A stretch of DNA of 64,000 nucleotides from an uncultured virus (IMG/VR IMGVR_UViG_3300026191_000001) (Duplodnaviria > Heunggongvirae > Uroviricota > Caudoviricetes). The position numbers and the translations under genes are program-made. Position 1 is the stretch's first letter. Every line of letters starts with the position of its first letter. The notes below the pieces were generated by a model, which was not told the DNA's origin, ran no database searches, and saw nothing but the letters and a program-made list of their open reading frames with translations. Shown piece by piece: positions 1-10,190 of this stretch. The stretch lies in IMG/VR virus record IMGVR_UViG_3300026191_000001, positions 1-64,000 of that record; one strand, given 5' to 3'.

Positions 1-702
1 AATTTATCGCAGGGTTTTTACGGTATGAGTGCAGTGACATTTGAAAATCAGGCGGGTTCAGTGAACACCAAGCCTGTCGCAGCACTTGGCACAAATACGA
101 CTGGTACGGTAGGTAATGAGTTTGTAGCCAACGCTAGTAATTCATCTGATGCGGATAATGACACGTTAACCTATCAATCGACACTGCAAGTGCCAACTGG
201 CTCTAGTGCGACATTGTTAGATGCCAGTACCGTCAACCCAAGATTTACCATGGATGTGGCTGGAGAATATGTTTTAACTCTGATTGTCAATGATGGTACT
301 GAGGATAGCGACCCTGCAACTCAGACAATTACAGCGGTAGAGGCCGGCAATGTGGTTGCCAACGCAGGTAACGATTCTGTTCAATACGTAGGGCAATCGT
401 TCGTGTTATCCGGTGCAGCGTCTACTGGTGGCAGTACATACAGTTGGTCCATTGCACAAGCGCCAGCAGGTTCATCCCCATCAATTACTAATCCGACTCA
501 ACAGAATGCTAGTTACACAGCTGATGCAGTCGGCCTCTACGAATTTCAATTAACAGTTGACGGTGCTTCAACTAGCTCAGTGTTTGTACGTGTACGCAAT
601 GCTGTTGCAAACAAAACACCCACTACAGCAATACGAACCAGCGGTGAGTTTGAACTAGGGCGAACAGTAACGTTTATCGGTGAAGGAAAATACAATGCTT
701 AA
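1..702 (+). CDS. PKD/Ig-like repeat virion (tail) protein, probably 5'-truncated by the window edge
   Basis: Frame is open from base 1. PKD-type repeats (NTKPVA..DASxSxDADNDTLTYQ..GEYVLTLIVNDG; ANAGND..LSGAAS..YSW). Lies upstream of the lysis genes. Confidence 0.7.
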   Translation, partial: NLSQGFYGMSAVTFENQAGSVNTKPVAALGTNTTGTVGNEFVANASNSSDADNDTLTYQSTLQVPTGSSATLLDASTVNPRFTMDVAGEYVLTLIVNDGTEDSDPATQTITAVEAGNVVANAGNDSVQYVGQSFVLSGAASTGGSTYSWSIAQAPAGSSPSITNPTQQNASYTADAVGLYEFQLTVDGASTSSVFVRVRNAVANKTPTTAIRTSGEFELGRTVTFIGEGKYNA

Positions 703-3319
703 ATATCAATTTACAGACAGGGGTATTGTCGTTGAACGCCCTGCAAGTCAAGGATCTAATCGTGGATGCTTTTCGCCAACAATTATTCCAACGGCTAATA
801 TTACAGGCTGGCAAGCACCGTATGACTGGATTTTGTATTTCTCCACGGACCACGTAAGTGGCAGTGGTGGCACGTGGGTGGTGCTTGTTTCTGGTGATCC
901 GACAGATTCTAATAATTGGGTGGATTACGATACGGCTATCGCCAATGGTGATTTTGATTATTTGCCTAGCAAACCCAGTGGCAACCCCGTTTATATCGAT
1001 ACGGTTTCAGCAGGAACGCAGACAGAAACACCTTGTGCCCGCGTCATTGATGGGGTGGTCTATTTAACTACACATAACAACAGTGGCCCTGGTTATGATG
1101 GGGGGGATATAAGAGAGCAGACAACGTCAATAGCCACATCATCTGACGGTATTAATTTCACCAGACATGATTATGTGCTGACGTATGATCCTCGTTTTGG
1201 TACTGGTACCGGACACACGGGCTATTTCGAATGGGATGTTAATGACGGTAAACTCAATTACCCTCACACATACATCGGTTACAGTACTGCAGGTGACTAT
1301 TCAGCGTTATGGGGCACAGACGTTGTTACCAATCGATGGGAATTGCTACAAGTATGGAAGAAAGACGTTGGACGCGTAGTTGAAAATGTATCTGGCTACA
1401 CCAACCCAGAGTTAGTGATGACCCTAAGCCCCTCTAGCCTTGTAAAACAAGACGACGGTTCACTAATGGCGCTAGCGGAAATAAGAGAGCAAGGCGGAGG
1501 CGGTGCGCAACTTGTACCGCGTTTTTCTATTCCAGTGTTAATTGCCGACGATGGATTTACGCGTTTAAGTTACGCTGGTGAGCCTGCTCAAGGAGGGCCA
1601 GACGCAGTTAACCAAGTCGTATTAAGAGATACACTTGAATATCAAGGGCGCAAGTTTAAGGTTTACCGCGCTGTAGGTGCTGGAACATCTACTACTGCGG
1701 TTGGCGCTATTGGTCTGATGGAATTTGAATTGGTGGACGGTTCACTTCCACTGCTCGACCCGCCATACCCTGAACGAGAGGATATTTCGTTTATCGGCGC
1801 ATCGTCTTTGCCTGATAATGTAAAACGAATGACTGGACAGGGCTCTATTGCGTTTACTGCAAATGGTTTGGAATTAACTTTAGCAGCTGGTGAACGTGAG
1901 GGATTCTACTTGCCGGATGTATCAACCAGCATGAAAATGTTGGATGTAACCTGGTTAAATGCGCGACTGACTACGTTTGACTACTGGAAGCCGCACGCAG
2001 GTTTTGCCAAAGACTACATTCGCGGTTCAGCGCTGGACGTCCAAGATGTGGTTTACACCAGCTACGAAACTTCGAGTGATTTGGATAGACAGTTGACTGT
2101 TATTCAAAAAGTAGGTGGTGTGGAGAGTGCCACCAGTTACCCGTTTGACCGTATCGGTTATGGCGGCTCGTACACTAACGGCGAATCAGCCCAAGCACCC
2201 ACAAGCTACGGTTTACGCTGGATGCCAATAGAGGACCGTGTATCACTCTTAAGTAAAGACACCGAACGTGGATTTGTTGATGCTTCCGGCATGTTAAACG
2301 GTGAGTACGTGCCGTTCATTGAAATAGAAAATACCGAGGCTGCTGACCCCATAACCGTCATTATTGAAGGTATTGGTTTTGGTCAAGCGGGTGACATTCA
2401 GTATCAATGGGCAATAGATAATAAACCTGCAACTTCAAACGCTACTATATCTGAACCTACAGCTAAGAATTTCGACATTAATATCGATGTAGCGGGAAGC
2501 TATGAAATCGGACTAGTTACCAGTGATGAAGACGATTCTAGCACTAGAATTACACAAAGTTTCGACGTTGAAGGTCCAAACCAACCCCCAACCGTGGTTC
2601 TAGGGCCAAACCAGTCCGTCGAGTCTGGGCAAACTGTGTATTTAGATGCCACACAAAGTACGGCCGGTTCTCATCCGATTGCCAGCTATGAGTGGACGCA
2701 GACTGCAGGGGACACCGTAACGTTGGTTAATTCAACTACGGCCAGCCCAAGCTTTATCTCCCCAAGCGAGAATGATGCCCAGACGTTAACTTTTAGTGTT
2801 GTGGCCATCAACACTGAGGGAACCCGAAGCGCGGCTAAAACGGTTTCAATTGCCGTGGCCGCTTTCAACTTCGACGGTAGTATTTTGGAGTTAATCGACT
2901 CGGTAGCCTTTGAGTTGATCACAGATGGTAACTTAATGATTTACCCTGGCAGAGCGAACCGTGAGATTATCAAACTTCGTCCGAGTAGCGAGTTAGGTTT
3001 GGTAGTTGATGATGATGGTTGTATAGACTTCGAAGCCACCGCTAACACAATTAGCAAGCTAGAAGTAATCATATATAACACTTCTGAAAAAGCGCGAATC
3101 GACTCAGACACCACCGCTATTGTTTTTGAAGGGCCAGAAGCTCATTGCCGCTTCGGAGACTTCCAACCTAAGAGCGCGAGAGAACCTTTTGACGTTGCAG
3201 TAGTGCTTTATATTGAAGGGGATGGAAGAGGCGTTGTTGTCTACTCAACCAGTGAAGCGCTATCGACGCAAGGGGCCTCACCAATAAGCGCGTATGTACA
3301 AGCTAACTTAGGTGCATAA
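695..3319 (+). CDS. Putative receptor-binding/depolymerase tail protein: beta-propeller glycosidase-like N-terminus plus PKD domains
   Basis: ATG 695 with AAGGA upstream. Asp-box-like ATSSDGINF. PKD repeat NQPPTVVLGPNQSV..LDATQS..SYEWTQTAG. Confidence 0.6.
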   Translation: MLKYQFTDRGIVVERPASQGSNRGCFSPTIIPTANITGWQAPYDWILYFSTDHVSGSGGTWVVLVSGDPTDSNNWVDYDTAIANGDFDYLPSKPSGNPVYIDTVSAGTQTETPCARVIDGVVYLTTHNNSGPGYDGGDIREQTTSIATSSDGINFTRHDYVLTYDPRFGTGTGHTGYFEWDVNDGKLNYPHTYIGYSTAGDYSALWGTDVVTNRWELLQVWKKDVGRVVENVSGYTNPELVMTLSPSSLVKQDDGSLMALAEIREQGGGGAQLVPRFSIPVLIADDGFTRLSYAGEPAQGGPDAVNQVVLRDTLEYQGRKFKVYRAVGAGTSTTAVGAIGLMEFELVDGSLPLLDPPYPEREDISFIGASSLPDNVKRMTGQGSIAFTANGLELTLAAGEREGFYLPDVSTSMKMLDVTWLNARLTTFDYWKPHAGFAKDYIRGSALDVQDVVYTSYETSSDLDRQLTVIQKVGGVESATSYPFDRIGYGGSYTNGESAQAPTSYGLRWMPIEDRVSLLSKDTERGFVDASGMLNGEYVPFIEIENTEAADPITVIIEGIGFGQAGDIQYQWAIDNKPATSNATISEPTAKNFDINIDVAGSYEIGLVTSDEDDSSTRITQSFDVEGPNQPPTVVLGPNQSVESGQTVYLDATQSTAGSHPIASYEWTQTAGDTVTLVNSTTASPSFISPSENDAQTLTFSVVAINTEGTRSAAKTVSIAVAAFNFDGSILELIDSVAFELITDGNLMIYPGRANREIIKLRPSSELGLVVDDDGCIDFEATANTISKLEVIIYNTSEKARIDSDTTAIVFEGPEAHCRFGDFQPKSAREPFDVAVVLYIEGDGRGVVVYSTSEALSTQGASPISAYVQANLGA

Positions 3320-3418
3320 CTACAATGGCCAAGGATGGCTATTGTTCATTTACAGTCTTGCTTAAGGGTAGTATGCTTGATTGAAAATTAGGCTAATTGA
3401 CGATACTTAGGCGGCAAG

Positions 3419-3811
3419 ATGGGCATACTCGATCCCTCTAAGCTCAATATAAAAGTTGAGCAAATTCCTACCGAAAGTGAAGTTATTAAAATCTTCAATG
3501 AACGACAGAAACTTGTCGCTCTATTTATCTGTTCGCCTATGGCCGTTAAGAAAGGCCGATACACTTTTACTTCAGTGCTTCTAGACGTTAGTTATGAGGA
3601 TAGTGTCTGCCAGATACTCAACTCATTTCTAGCTGCGGAAAAGAGTGGAGATTATCGCAAGTTCTTAAACTTCAAAACGCGGTCCTCCGATGTATCTTAT
3701 TTTTCTATAAATACCCTTCGCTTAAAGCTCTCATACTTTGGCGTCTGGGTGCTAATTATCTTGAGTTCACTTGGTATTAATCTCGGTTTAATGAAGTATT
3801 TGGGGCACTAA
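3419..3811 (+). CDS. Hypothetical protein with C-terminal transmembrane helix
   Basis: 130-aa ORF with hydrophobic C-terminus; AATTGACGAT motif upstream at 3395. Confidence 0.55.
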   Translation: MGILDPSKLNIKVEQIPTESEVIKIFNERQKLVALFICSPMAVKKGRYTFTSVLLDVSYEDSVCQILNSFLAAEKSGDYRKFLNFKTRSSDVSYFSINTLRLKLSYFGVWVLIILSSLGINLGLMKYLGH

Positions 3812-3812
3812 G

Positions 3813-4271
3813 ATGGACTCAACAACCTTGCTAGCACTCTTGGGAGTGATGGCCACTATTAGTGGTGTAGCGGTAACAATCGCGCTATTTATCATATCGG
3901 GAATAAAATCTGATATGAAAAGCGCACATGAAAGTTTTTCACAAAGTAATAAAAACCTGTGGGAAACCGTAAATAAAAATCACGCCACAGCAAACGCCTT
4001 AGCCACAAAAATCGCGGGAGAACTCGCAGCATTTAAAGAACACGTAGCATTAGCTCACCCGAGGGAAGAACGCGTTAACGAAAAGCTTGAATTCAACAAG
4101 CAGCATATCGACCAAGCCCTCTCAGGCATAAACCACCGTCTTTCGAAACTGGAATCTGACCAAAGTATCGTCATTCAGCATATGACCCAGATCAGTAACC
4201 AGCAATCACAAACAATGTCCTATTTAAAAGAACTGGTTAAAAACAAAAATTTTGAGGCTAAAAATGGCTAA
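3813..4271 (+). CDS. Membrane-anchored coiled-coil protein, holin-like position
   Basis: N-terminal TM helix; immediately upstream of the endolysin. Confidence 0.5.
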   Translation: MDSTTLLALLGVMATISGVAVTIALFIISGIKSDMKSAHESFSQSNKNLWETVNKNHATANALATKIAGELAAFKEHVALAHPREERVNEKLEFNKQHIDQALSGINHRLSKLESDQSIVIQHMTQISNQQSQTMSYLKELVKNKNFEAKNG

Positions 4272-4833
4272 CTACTCCGCAGACCCAAGAGTCCAAGCTT
4301 ACGTCGCTCAAATTGTGAAACTAGAAGCGGGGTACGTAGATAACCCTCACGATAAAGGTGGGCCTACGAACTGGGGAATTACTGAAAAGGTTGCACGCGC
4401 TCACGGTTACACTGGCGCTATGAAAGATATGCCGCAATCCAAAGCCCGAGAAATCTACTTACAGACCTATTGGTTTGGCCCTCGTATCTCGGAGCTGGCT
4501 TCGGTAAGCCCTGATATAGCGTGGGAGGTGTTTGAAGCTGGGGTAAATCTTGGTACCGGCACAGGAATAAAGTTCCTGCAGCGTGCGTTGAATGCCTTTA
4601 ATAAGATGCAAACCATCTACATCGATATAAAGGTGGATGGGATATTTGGTAGCAAAACCCTTAAGGCCTTGCAGCTTTACTTTGCCCATCGTAAAGCCTT
4701 GGCCGAACCTGTTCTTTTAAAAGCGCTCAATTGTTTACAAGGTGCTTATTATTTAGAACTGGCCGAATCCAGAGAGACAGACGAAACATTTGTCTTTGGT
4801 TGGATAAATAAGCGCATAGCGCTAAGAGATTGA
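4264..4833 (+). CDS. Endolysin, glycoside hydrolase family 108 with peptidoglycan-binding C-terminus
   Basis: EAGYVDNPHDKGGPTNWGIT signature; LQRALN..VDGIFGSKT; FVFGWINKRI. Confidence 0.92.
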   Translation: MANYSADPRVQAYVAQIVKLEAGYVDNPHDKGGPTNWGITEKVARAHGYTGAMKDMPQSKAREIYLQTYWFGPRISELASVSPDIAWEVFEAGVNLGTGTGIKFLQRALNAFNKMQTIYIDIKVDGIFGSKTLKALQLYFAHRKALAEPVLLKALNCLQGAYYLELAESRETDETFVFGWINKRIALRD

Positions 4834-4852
4834 CGATAATTGGAGCTACAAC

Positions 4853-5173
4853 ATGAAAGCCGCATTAATACTTCTTTTTAGAAACTTTGGTGCCGCATTG
4901 CTGACACGACATATGATTTTGTTCTTGTTAAAGCTTGCGGCGAAATTTACTGAAAACAAAATCGACGACAATGTTGTTGGTTTGATCAACGCAGGGTTCA
5001 AAAGTGATATCGAATCTATGCAGTGGTATATCGAAGCGATATCAAACGAGGTTGAAATCGAACTGAGGAAAAGGCGAGAGGCGGAGCTTGCCGAAAGCGA
5101 GGTGATTGGTGAACCCTCAACCCCTACACCAGACCCCCGCCCAGAGCCACCAGAACCGACAAAACAAAAGTAA
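4853..5173 (+). CDS. Lysis-cassette accessory protein (hypothetical)
   Basis: GGAG RBS, hydrophobic N-terminus, follows the endolysin. Confidence 0.5.
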   Translation: MKAALILLFRNFGAALLTRHMILFLLKLAAKFTENKIDDNVVGLINAGFKSDIESMQWYIEAISNEVEIELRKRREAELAESEVIGEPSTPTPDPRPEPPEPTKQK

Positions 5174-5188
5174 CTAAACCCTAGAAAC

Positions 5189-5217
5189 AAAAAAGCCACT
5201 CTAAGAGTGGCTTTTTT
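5189..5217. terminator. Bidirectional intrinsic terminator
   Basis: AAAAAAGCCACTC-TAA-GAGTGGCTTTTTT between converging lysis and integrase genes. Confidence 0.85.
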
Positions 5218-5233
5218 ATGGGTTTCACTTAAT

Positions 5234-5456
5234 TTGTGTCACGAAACTAAACTCGTGTCGTACTCGTGTCATTTCGTGTCCCTTTCGTGTCACCTTTCGG
5301 TACTGGTAAAAGAGGTAAGTTGTTGATTTGTCCCCTCTTTGTACCTTCTTGTTTGGTGGAGCTGGCGGGATTTGAACCCGCGTCGATTATTTCCTAAATA
5401 GCTGATAAGCTTGGTTTTTTATTCGTGCCATTGGTGTCTCGTGCCGCACTCGTGTC
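5234..5456. repeat. Integrase arm-type repeats and IHF site of attP
   Basis: TCGTG(T/C)C at 5253, 5264, 5274, 5285, 5423, 5439 and 5450. IHF consensus WATCAANNNNTTR on the minus strand at 5316-5328. Confidence 0.7.
5354..5384 (-). mobile_element. attP core matching the 3' end of tmRNA (ssrA)
   Basis: Minus strand reads GACGCGGGTTCAAATCCCGCCAGCTCCACCA (T-arm plus acceptor end with CCA, as in tmRNA), directly downstream of the integrase. Confidence 0.85.
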
Positions 5457-6632
5457 ATTTTGGATTTTTTTCTCGTAATCCTCGATGAATTTACCATAGT
5501 GTCGAAATAGCATTTCTGGCGAAGAGTGGCCCATCCAATTTGCCAACTGCCACAAGTTAATTCCCTCACTAATATGTCGGGTCGCGAAAGTGTGACGCAT
5601 TTGGTAAGGGTATCGGTATCTTACTTTTGCAGCGGTAAGAATTCGACTCCATTTGTGTTTACGAAATGAGTCTGGGTTTATCCGGTTCAACTCCCCCTCT
5701 GGCAGTTCCATTCCAAACTTTAAGTTTTTAGGGAACACAAAACCACGACCCAGATAGGAAAGTTCTCTTTGCCGGTTAAGGGCATTCATCGCGCTTTCAT
5801 TTAAAGGTATGGCACGTTTACCGGCTTTTGATTTTGGACCCTTGATCTCGTTATGCACAATGGCCGCTTTTACGACTAAGGTGTTGTGAATGAAATCTAC
5901 TTCGTTCCATTTAAGCGCCGACCATTCACTAGGCCGCATCCCCGTATTGAAAACCAGCTCAACAATATTTAGCTCTTCCGGTCTGCAATGCTCATAGATT
6001 GCTTCGACTTCTTGTGGTGTGAACGGGTCGATATCATCGTGGCCACCGTCTAAATCTACCTTGTTATCTTTTTCTACGTAGTTAGAAAGCTTCACACCAT
6101 CAATCGGATTGGTTGGTACCAGTCCGTCAGTCACAGCTTCGGCCAGCGCGGTACGTAAAAAGCTGAATTTGTTTCGCAGGGTTTTAGGTGAGTTCCCAGA
6201 CTTGAGAACGAAGCTTTTCAAAACTTGCGGCGAGAGCTCGGTCACAGGAATAGGGTGGAGTTCCTTAACCGACGTCTTTAGTTTTTCGTAGCCTTTAATA
6301 GTGGAAGGTGAGAGCCCCCGTTTCTTGACGCTCTCAATATATTCCTCCAAGTACGCTTCAACAGTCTTGCCCCACGCTACAGCGCCACCGAATATTTTTA
6401 GCTTTGGTGAGCTGGGGAAGTAATCCGCATATCGGAAAGTTTCACGCTCAATCTTATTTAATATCTCACCGCGTAAGTTACCGGCGTATTTGATATTTGA
6501 TTTGTTGACTGGAACCTTAAGGAGTTCTCGGCAGCGAACCCCTTTATATTCGAAGTTAATTTGAATACGGTCTTCTTTGGCCCCAGGCCTAATAGTTACC
6601 CCGCGAGGGAGTTGCCCCCATTTCTTATCCAT
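5394..6632 (-). CDS. int: Tyrosine integrase with N-terminal arm-binding domain
   Basis: TGMRPSE, YQMRHTFAT, MGHSS..Y catalytic motifs; adjacent att core. Confidence 0.95.
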   Translation of the reverse strand: MDKKWGQLPRGVTIRPGAKEDRIQINFEYKGVRCRELLKVPVNKSNIKYAGNLRGEILNKIERETFRYADYFPSSPKLKIFGGAVAWGKTVEAYLEEYIESVKKRGLSPSTIKGYEKLKTSVKELHPIPVTELSPQVLKSFVLKSGNSPKTLRNKFSFLRTALAEAVTDGLVPTNPIDGVKLSNYVEKDNKVDLDGGHDDIDPFTPQEVEAIYEHCRPEELNIVELVFNTGMRPSEWSALKWNEVDFIHNTLVVKAAIVHNEIKGPKSKAGKRAIPLNESAMNALNRQRELSYLGRGFVFPKNLKFGMELPEGELNRINPDSFRKHKWSRILTAAKVRYRYPYQMRHTFATRHISEGINLWQLANWMGHSSPEMLFRHYGKFIEDYEKKIQNDTSAARDTNGTNKKPSLSAI

Positions 6633-6844
6633 CGTTCTACCGCTTCTAAGTCAATCCAAAGTTCGCGAACACCCTCAGTTTTAAAGGCATGAATACCTTT
6701 AACCCACGTTCCGCGTTTAATTCTTTTTCGTACCGATTCAATATCTTCACCAGATAGCTCACAGTATTTAGTGAGTGGTACGGTTCTTAGGCTAGTAGTC
6801 ACATTAATAGCAACAGGGTAGTTATCATTAGCTGAGTTCGTCAT
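6596..6844 (-). CDS. xis: Excisionase
   Basis: Small winged-helix-like protein (VPLTKYCELSG..RIKRGTW..LWIDLEAVERW) overlapping the int start. Confidence 0.8.
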   Translation of the reverse strand: MTNSANDNYPVAINVTTSLRTVPLTKYCELSGEDIESVRKRIKRGTWVKGIHAFKTEGVRELWIDLEAVERWIRNGGNSLAG

Positions 6845-6877
6845 ATCGTCAATTTCCAAATTGTAAAAGTTAGCTTA

Positions 6878-7066
6878 CTAAGGGAGTGGGTTCCGTTCGT
6901 GGTCTTTACACACAAGTTCCCTACATACAAACCCCCAAATTTTCGTTTTTTGAAGCTTCGCGGTTACTCCATCCTTTACCCAATCAACCGGAGCAGGTTG
7001 ACTTACCGTTGCATACTCATGACAGTATTTACAGTAGGGGACTTTAAAGCGTGGTTTCTCGTTCAT
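6878..7066 (-). CDS. Small Cys-containing hypothetical protein
   Basis: CKYC..C..C; variant start motif GGAAATTGATTTTATG. Confidence 0.55.
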   Translation of the reverse strand: MNEKPRFKVPYCKYCHEYATVSQPAPVDWVKDGVTAKLQKTKIWGFVCRELVCKDHERNPLP

Positions 7067-7113
7067 AAAATCAATTTCCAAATCAAAGGCTGGCTTTCAC
7101 CAGCCTATAAAAG

Positions 7114-9138
7114 TTAAACAGCTACGCGGTTCTCGGCATCTAGTTCTTTATGTGAGGCCTGTAAAACCTGTCCGATATGAGGCGTGATACGTTGGATACA
7201 TTGCCATGTGAAGCTGGCTCGTGTGTCGTCCATCGCGCTATCAATCTCGTCTAACATCATTAAAGGTAATACACGGTGAGTCAAAATACGACCTAAACCT
7301 ATGCGTAGCGTTAAATTAGCAAGGTCTTTACCCGAACCTGATAGCGTTCTTAGCGGCTGGCCATCAACAACAACCTCGAAATCCTGTCCCACTTCAACGG
7401 ACTGGAATTCGCCACCGGTCATTTCACTCATAAGCATCGAGGCCACTTTATTAAGTGAAGGCAATAGGTGACTCTGAACCTTAGCTTTCACCACTTTAAG
7501 TGCTTCACGAGCCCGAGACAGTTCCGATAAACGCTCTTCCTCTGCAGCTACACCCTCAATACTTTTATTATAGGTGGTCAAAGCCTGTTCGTACTGCCCA
7601 GAAAGGTGCTCGTAGTTCGCCCATTCTTGACGGGCCGACTCTAGCTGGCTAATGACATTACGTAAGGTCGCTTCAGTATTCTCAGGGAATTGTTGTGTAA
7701 TACTGTTAAGCGTTTCTTGCGCTTGATCATAATTCGCTTTAGCTTCACCGTAAGCTTGCTTCAAACCTTCAAAATGCGTTGCTTGACTGTCATACATCCG
7801 CATCTGGTTATCATACTGGTCTTTTATCCGCTTACAGGTACCTTCCCAGTTCTTAATTTGCTGGTCGTTCATCTGAGAAATATTCGATACATGGCTCTTA
7901 TAGTCCTTGTTCTCTTTCTCAAACTGCAGTATTGCAGACTTAGCCGTGCGAACTTCATGAAGCGCGGTTCTCAAATCATCAATATTTAAGCCCTGCAGCT
8001 CTTCTAATACCGTGTCATGCTTCTTGTTTATCGCCAATTGTGAATGGATATCAACCCATTCTTTTACTGTTAAGTTTGGAGCCTCTTCCCTAACTGGTAG
8101 TTTTTCCAGTTCTTCAATCTCTGCAGATAAATGGAAGTGGTGCTTACAGCTCGGGCACTCTATAGTGTGTGAAGCCTTAAGCTCTTGAATGCGATTATAA
8201 CGTTCGTGTTGAGCCCACGCTTCGGTAAGTGCCTCGACTTCTGGCCACTCGGCGTTAGGTTCACAAGGCTTGCATTGCGCTTCTAGACGCAAGAACTCAG
8301 CTTCAACCTTCACCGCTTTATCAAGGTTATTCTGAAGGTTCAGTTCCACGGTGGTTAACTGGGATACTGTACTTGGCATACCGTTAGTTAACGTCGGGAA
8401 CTCAGGGGCTTTCATCGTAGGCGATAAAAGCTGTGGTTTTTCTGGGTAAATCGGCTCTTCGGGTTGTACAGGTTTTGTTGGCTCCGTTGGTACCGAGACC
8501 GCTTTTGCCGTTAACCAGTTCTCAAGACTTGTTTTATACGTCGATAACGCATTCTCTATATCGGCCTTAGGAGTTTGAGGTTGAGTCGGCGCCACGGGTT
8601 CTACCAAGTTCTTTTTGTGAGTGTCGATAACCGCACGCAGTTCTCTAATCTCTCCGGCCATATTATTAGCAAGCCCATCCATCTGCGTAAGGCCAGCTAC
8701 CGAATCAATCATTTGTTTACGTTCAGTTGGGCGCATATCCGCAAGCGCTTGTATATCGCCTTGAGCGCACCAGTGAGCAATTCGGAACACATCAAAACCA
8801 TAACCCAGGGTTCTAACTACCCACTGATTTACAGGCTTGGTACCACTTACGATAGGCTCATTTTTATGAAAGACTTCAGACTTAGATTTGGTACGGCTGA
8901 TAGTGTACGTCTCGCCATTGATAGCAATAACAACCTCTACCTTCATTCGCTTGTAATCGCCAGCAATGCCGCGAAGTGCTTTGTTACCAAAGAGGGCAAA
9001 GCCTACCATTTCAAAGTTAAGTGATTTACCTTTGCCGTTCGCTCCGGTGATCAAGGTTGAACCTGCATTTAGTTCCAACTCGTTTTTAATTGTTTTGCCG
9101 TTCGAGAACGTTAAGTCATATTTAATTGAAGAAAGCAT
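7114..9138 (-). CDS. SbcC/Rad50-like ATPase
   Basis: Walker A GANGKGKS, zinc hook CPSC, signature LSGSG, Walker B MLDEID, long coiled coil. Confidence 0.9.
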   Translation of the reverse strand: MLSSIKYDLTFSNGKTIKNELELNAGSTLITGANGKGKSLNFEMVGFALFGNKALRGIAGDYKRMKVEVVIAINGETYTISRTKSKSEVFHKNEPIVSGTKPVNQWVVRTLGYGFDVFRIAHWCAQGDIQALADMRPTERKQMIDSVAGLTQMDGLANNMAGEIRELRAVIDTHKKNLVEPVAPTQPQTPKADIENALSTYKTSLENWLTAKAVSVPTEPTKPVQPEEPIYPEKPQLLSPTMKAPEFPTLTNGMPSTVSQLTTVELNLQNNLDKAVKVEAEFLRLEAQCKPCEPNAEWPEVEALTEAWAQHERYNRIQELKASHTIECPSCKHHFHLSAEIEELEKLPVREEAPNLTVKEWVDIHSQLAINKKHDTVLEELQGLNIDDLRTALHEVRTAKSAILQFEKENKDYKSHVSNISQMNDQQIKNWEGTCKRIKDQYDNQMRMYDSQATHFEGLKQAYGEAKANYDQAQETLNSITQQFPENTEATLRNVISQLESARQEWANYEHLSGQYEQALTTYNKSIEGVAAEEERLSELSRAREALKVVKAKVQSHLLPSLNKVASMLMSEMTGGEFQSVEVGQDFEVVVDGQPLRTLSGSGKDLANLTLRIGLGRILTHRVLPLMMLDEIDSAMDDTRASFTWQCIQRITPHIGQVLQASHKELDAENRVAV

Positions 9139-10163
9139 TATTCAGCCTCCGCGCTTAGGTCCATAAACTGGCCCCAAAGTTGATTCGTAGTTTCAGTTGA
9201 AACGTTGTGTTCCGCCATTGTCGATTTGAAGATACCTTCTAAGTCGAAGCTATCGAGATTAACTTCCAGTTCGTCGTCTTTATTTTCCGACACACGTTTG
9301 AAAGTCAGGCTCAAACAATCCACTTCAGCAATCGGGGCCTCCGTTGGTAGAAGCGTGATTCGAAGGTTCATGTTTTTGAACTTATCAGGGTCAGCTTCTA
9401 AGGCCGTGGTTGCTTCTTGAAGCGAGAGCGTTATGTAGAGCTGGTTGTTTGGGTCCTCGGCATGCGAGTAGGGTTGCATAGAGCCGGTAACCCAGACTGG
9501 CGTATCACCTTCCATAAAAATACGGGGGGTATGATAGTGGCCAGTGATAACCGCAAGTGCTGTTTGCATTTCTTCAAACGGGATCAAGTTATCTGTCGCT
9601 GAGCTATCTTCACTAAAAGCAAGAATGTCCCAATGACCAAAGGCGAAGAAACCTACCGGTGGCTTAATCTCTGCCGCAATTTCTTTCGCAGTTTTAAAAG
9701 GGTGCCACGGGTAGAAAACAAAGTGCTCTTTATCAATGGTTAGTTTGAGTGCGCTTTCTGAAACAACATGAATATTCGGAACGTGAGCCACAAGCTGTGT
9801 AAATACATCAAACGAGCTTTTGAACTGGGTATCTCTCGAAGCGTCATGGTTGCCGCGAATTATCACGAACTGACGGTCAGGATAATTACTGGCCGCGAGA
9901 CGATAAACGTCGGCCGCAAATAAAATATCTTCTTCAGGAACGCGAAACTTATCAAACAAGTCTCCCATACAAACGTGAAGCTTATACCCTGGCGAGTTAA
10001 CAATACCCGCAAAGGTATCTTTCACCATTTCTTCGCGCTCACCTTTGCGGTGTGTTGGTACGCCGGTATTAAATTTACGTGCTAGGTGAGGGTCACCTAA
10101 CGTCTGAACAAAAGAGGGGAGTTTAATTAAATCGTTTAGCGATTCGATTGGTTGCATTTGCAT
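9138..10163 (-). CDS. SbcD/Mre11-like metallophosphoesterase nuclease
   Basis: GDPH, GDLFD, GNHD, GHYH motifs; adjacent to the SbcC-like gene. Confidence 0.9.
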   Translation of the reverse strand: MQMQPIESLNDLIKLPSFVQTLGDPHLARKFNTGVPTHRKGEREEMVKDTFAGIVNSPGYKLHVCMGDLFDKFRVPEEDILFAADVYRLAASNYPDRQFVIIRGNHDASRDTQFKSSFDVFTQLVAHVPNIHVVSESALKLTIDKEHFVFYPWHPFKTAKEIAAEIKPPVGFFAFGHWDILAFSEDSSATDNLIPFEEMQTALAVITGHYHTPRIFMEGDTPVWVTGSMQPYSHAEDPNNQLYITLSLQEATTALEADPDKFKNMNLRITLLPTEAPIAEVDCLSLTFKRVSENKDDELEVNLDSFDLEGIFKSTMAEHNVSTETTNQLWGQFMDLSAEAE

Positions 10164-10190
10164 CGTCAATTTCCTAAATAAAAGTTTATA

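Noticed and set aside
3322..3345. CsrA-site hairpin (GGCCAAGGATGGCT)
   Set aside because: Single copy downstream of a stop codon; more simply a terminator or stabilising stem.
5310..5390. Complete tRNA or tmRNA gene
   Set aside because: Only the 3' 31 nt are present; upstream on that strand is integrase coding sequence, so this is an att core.
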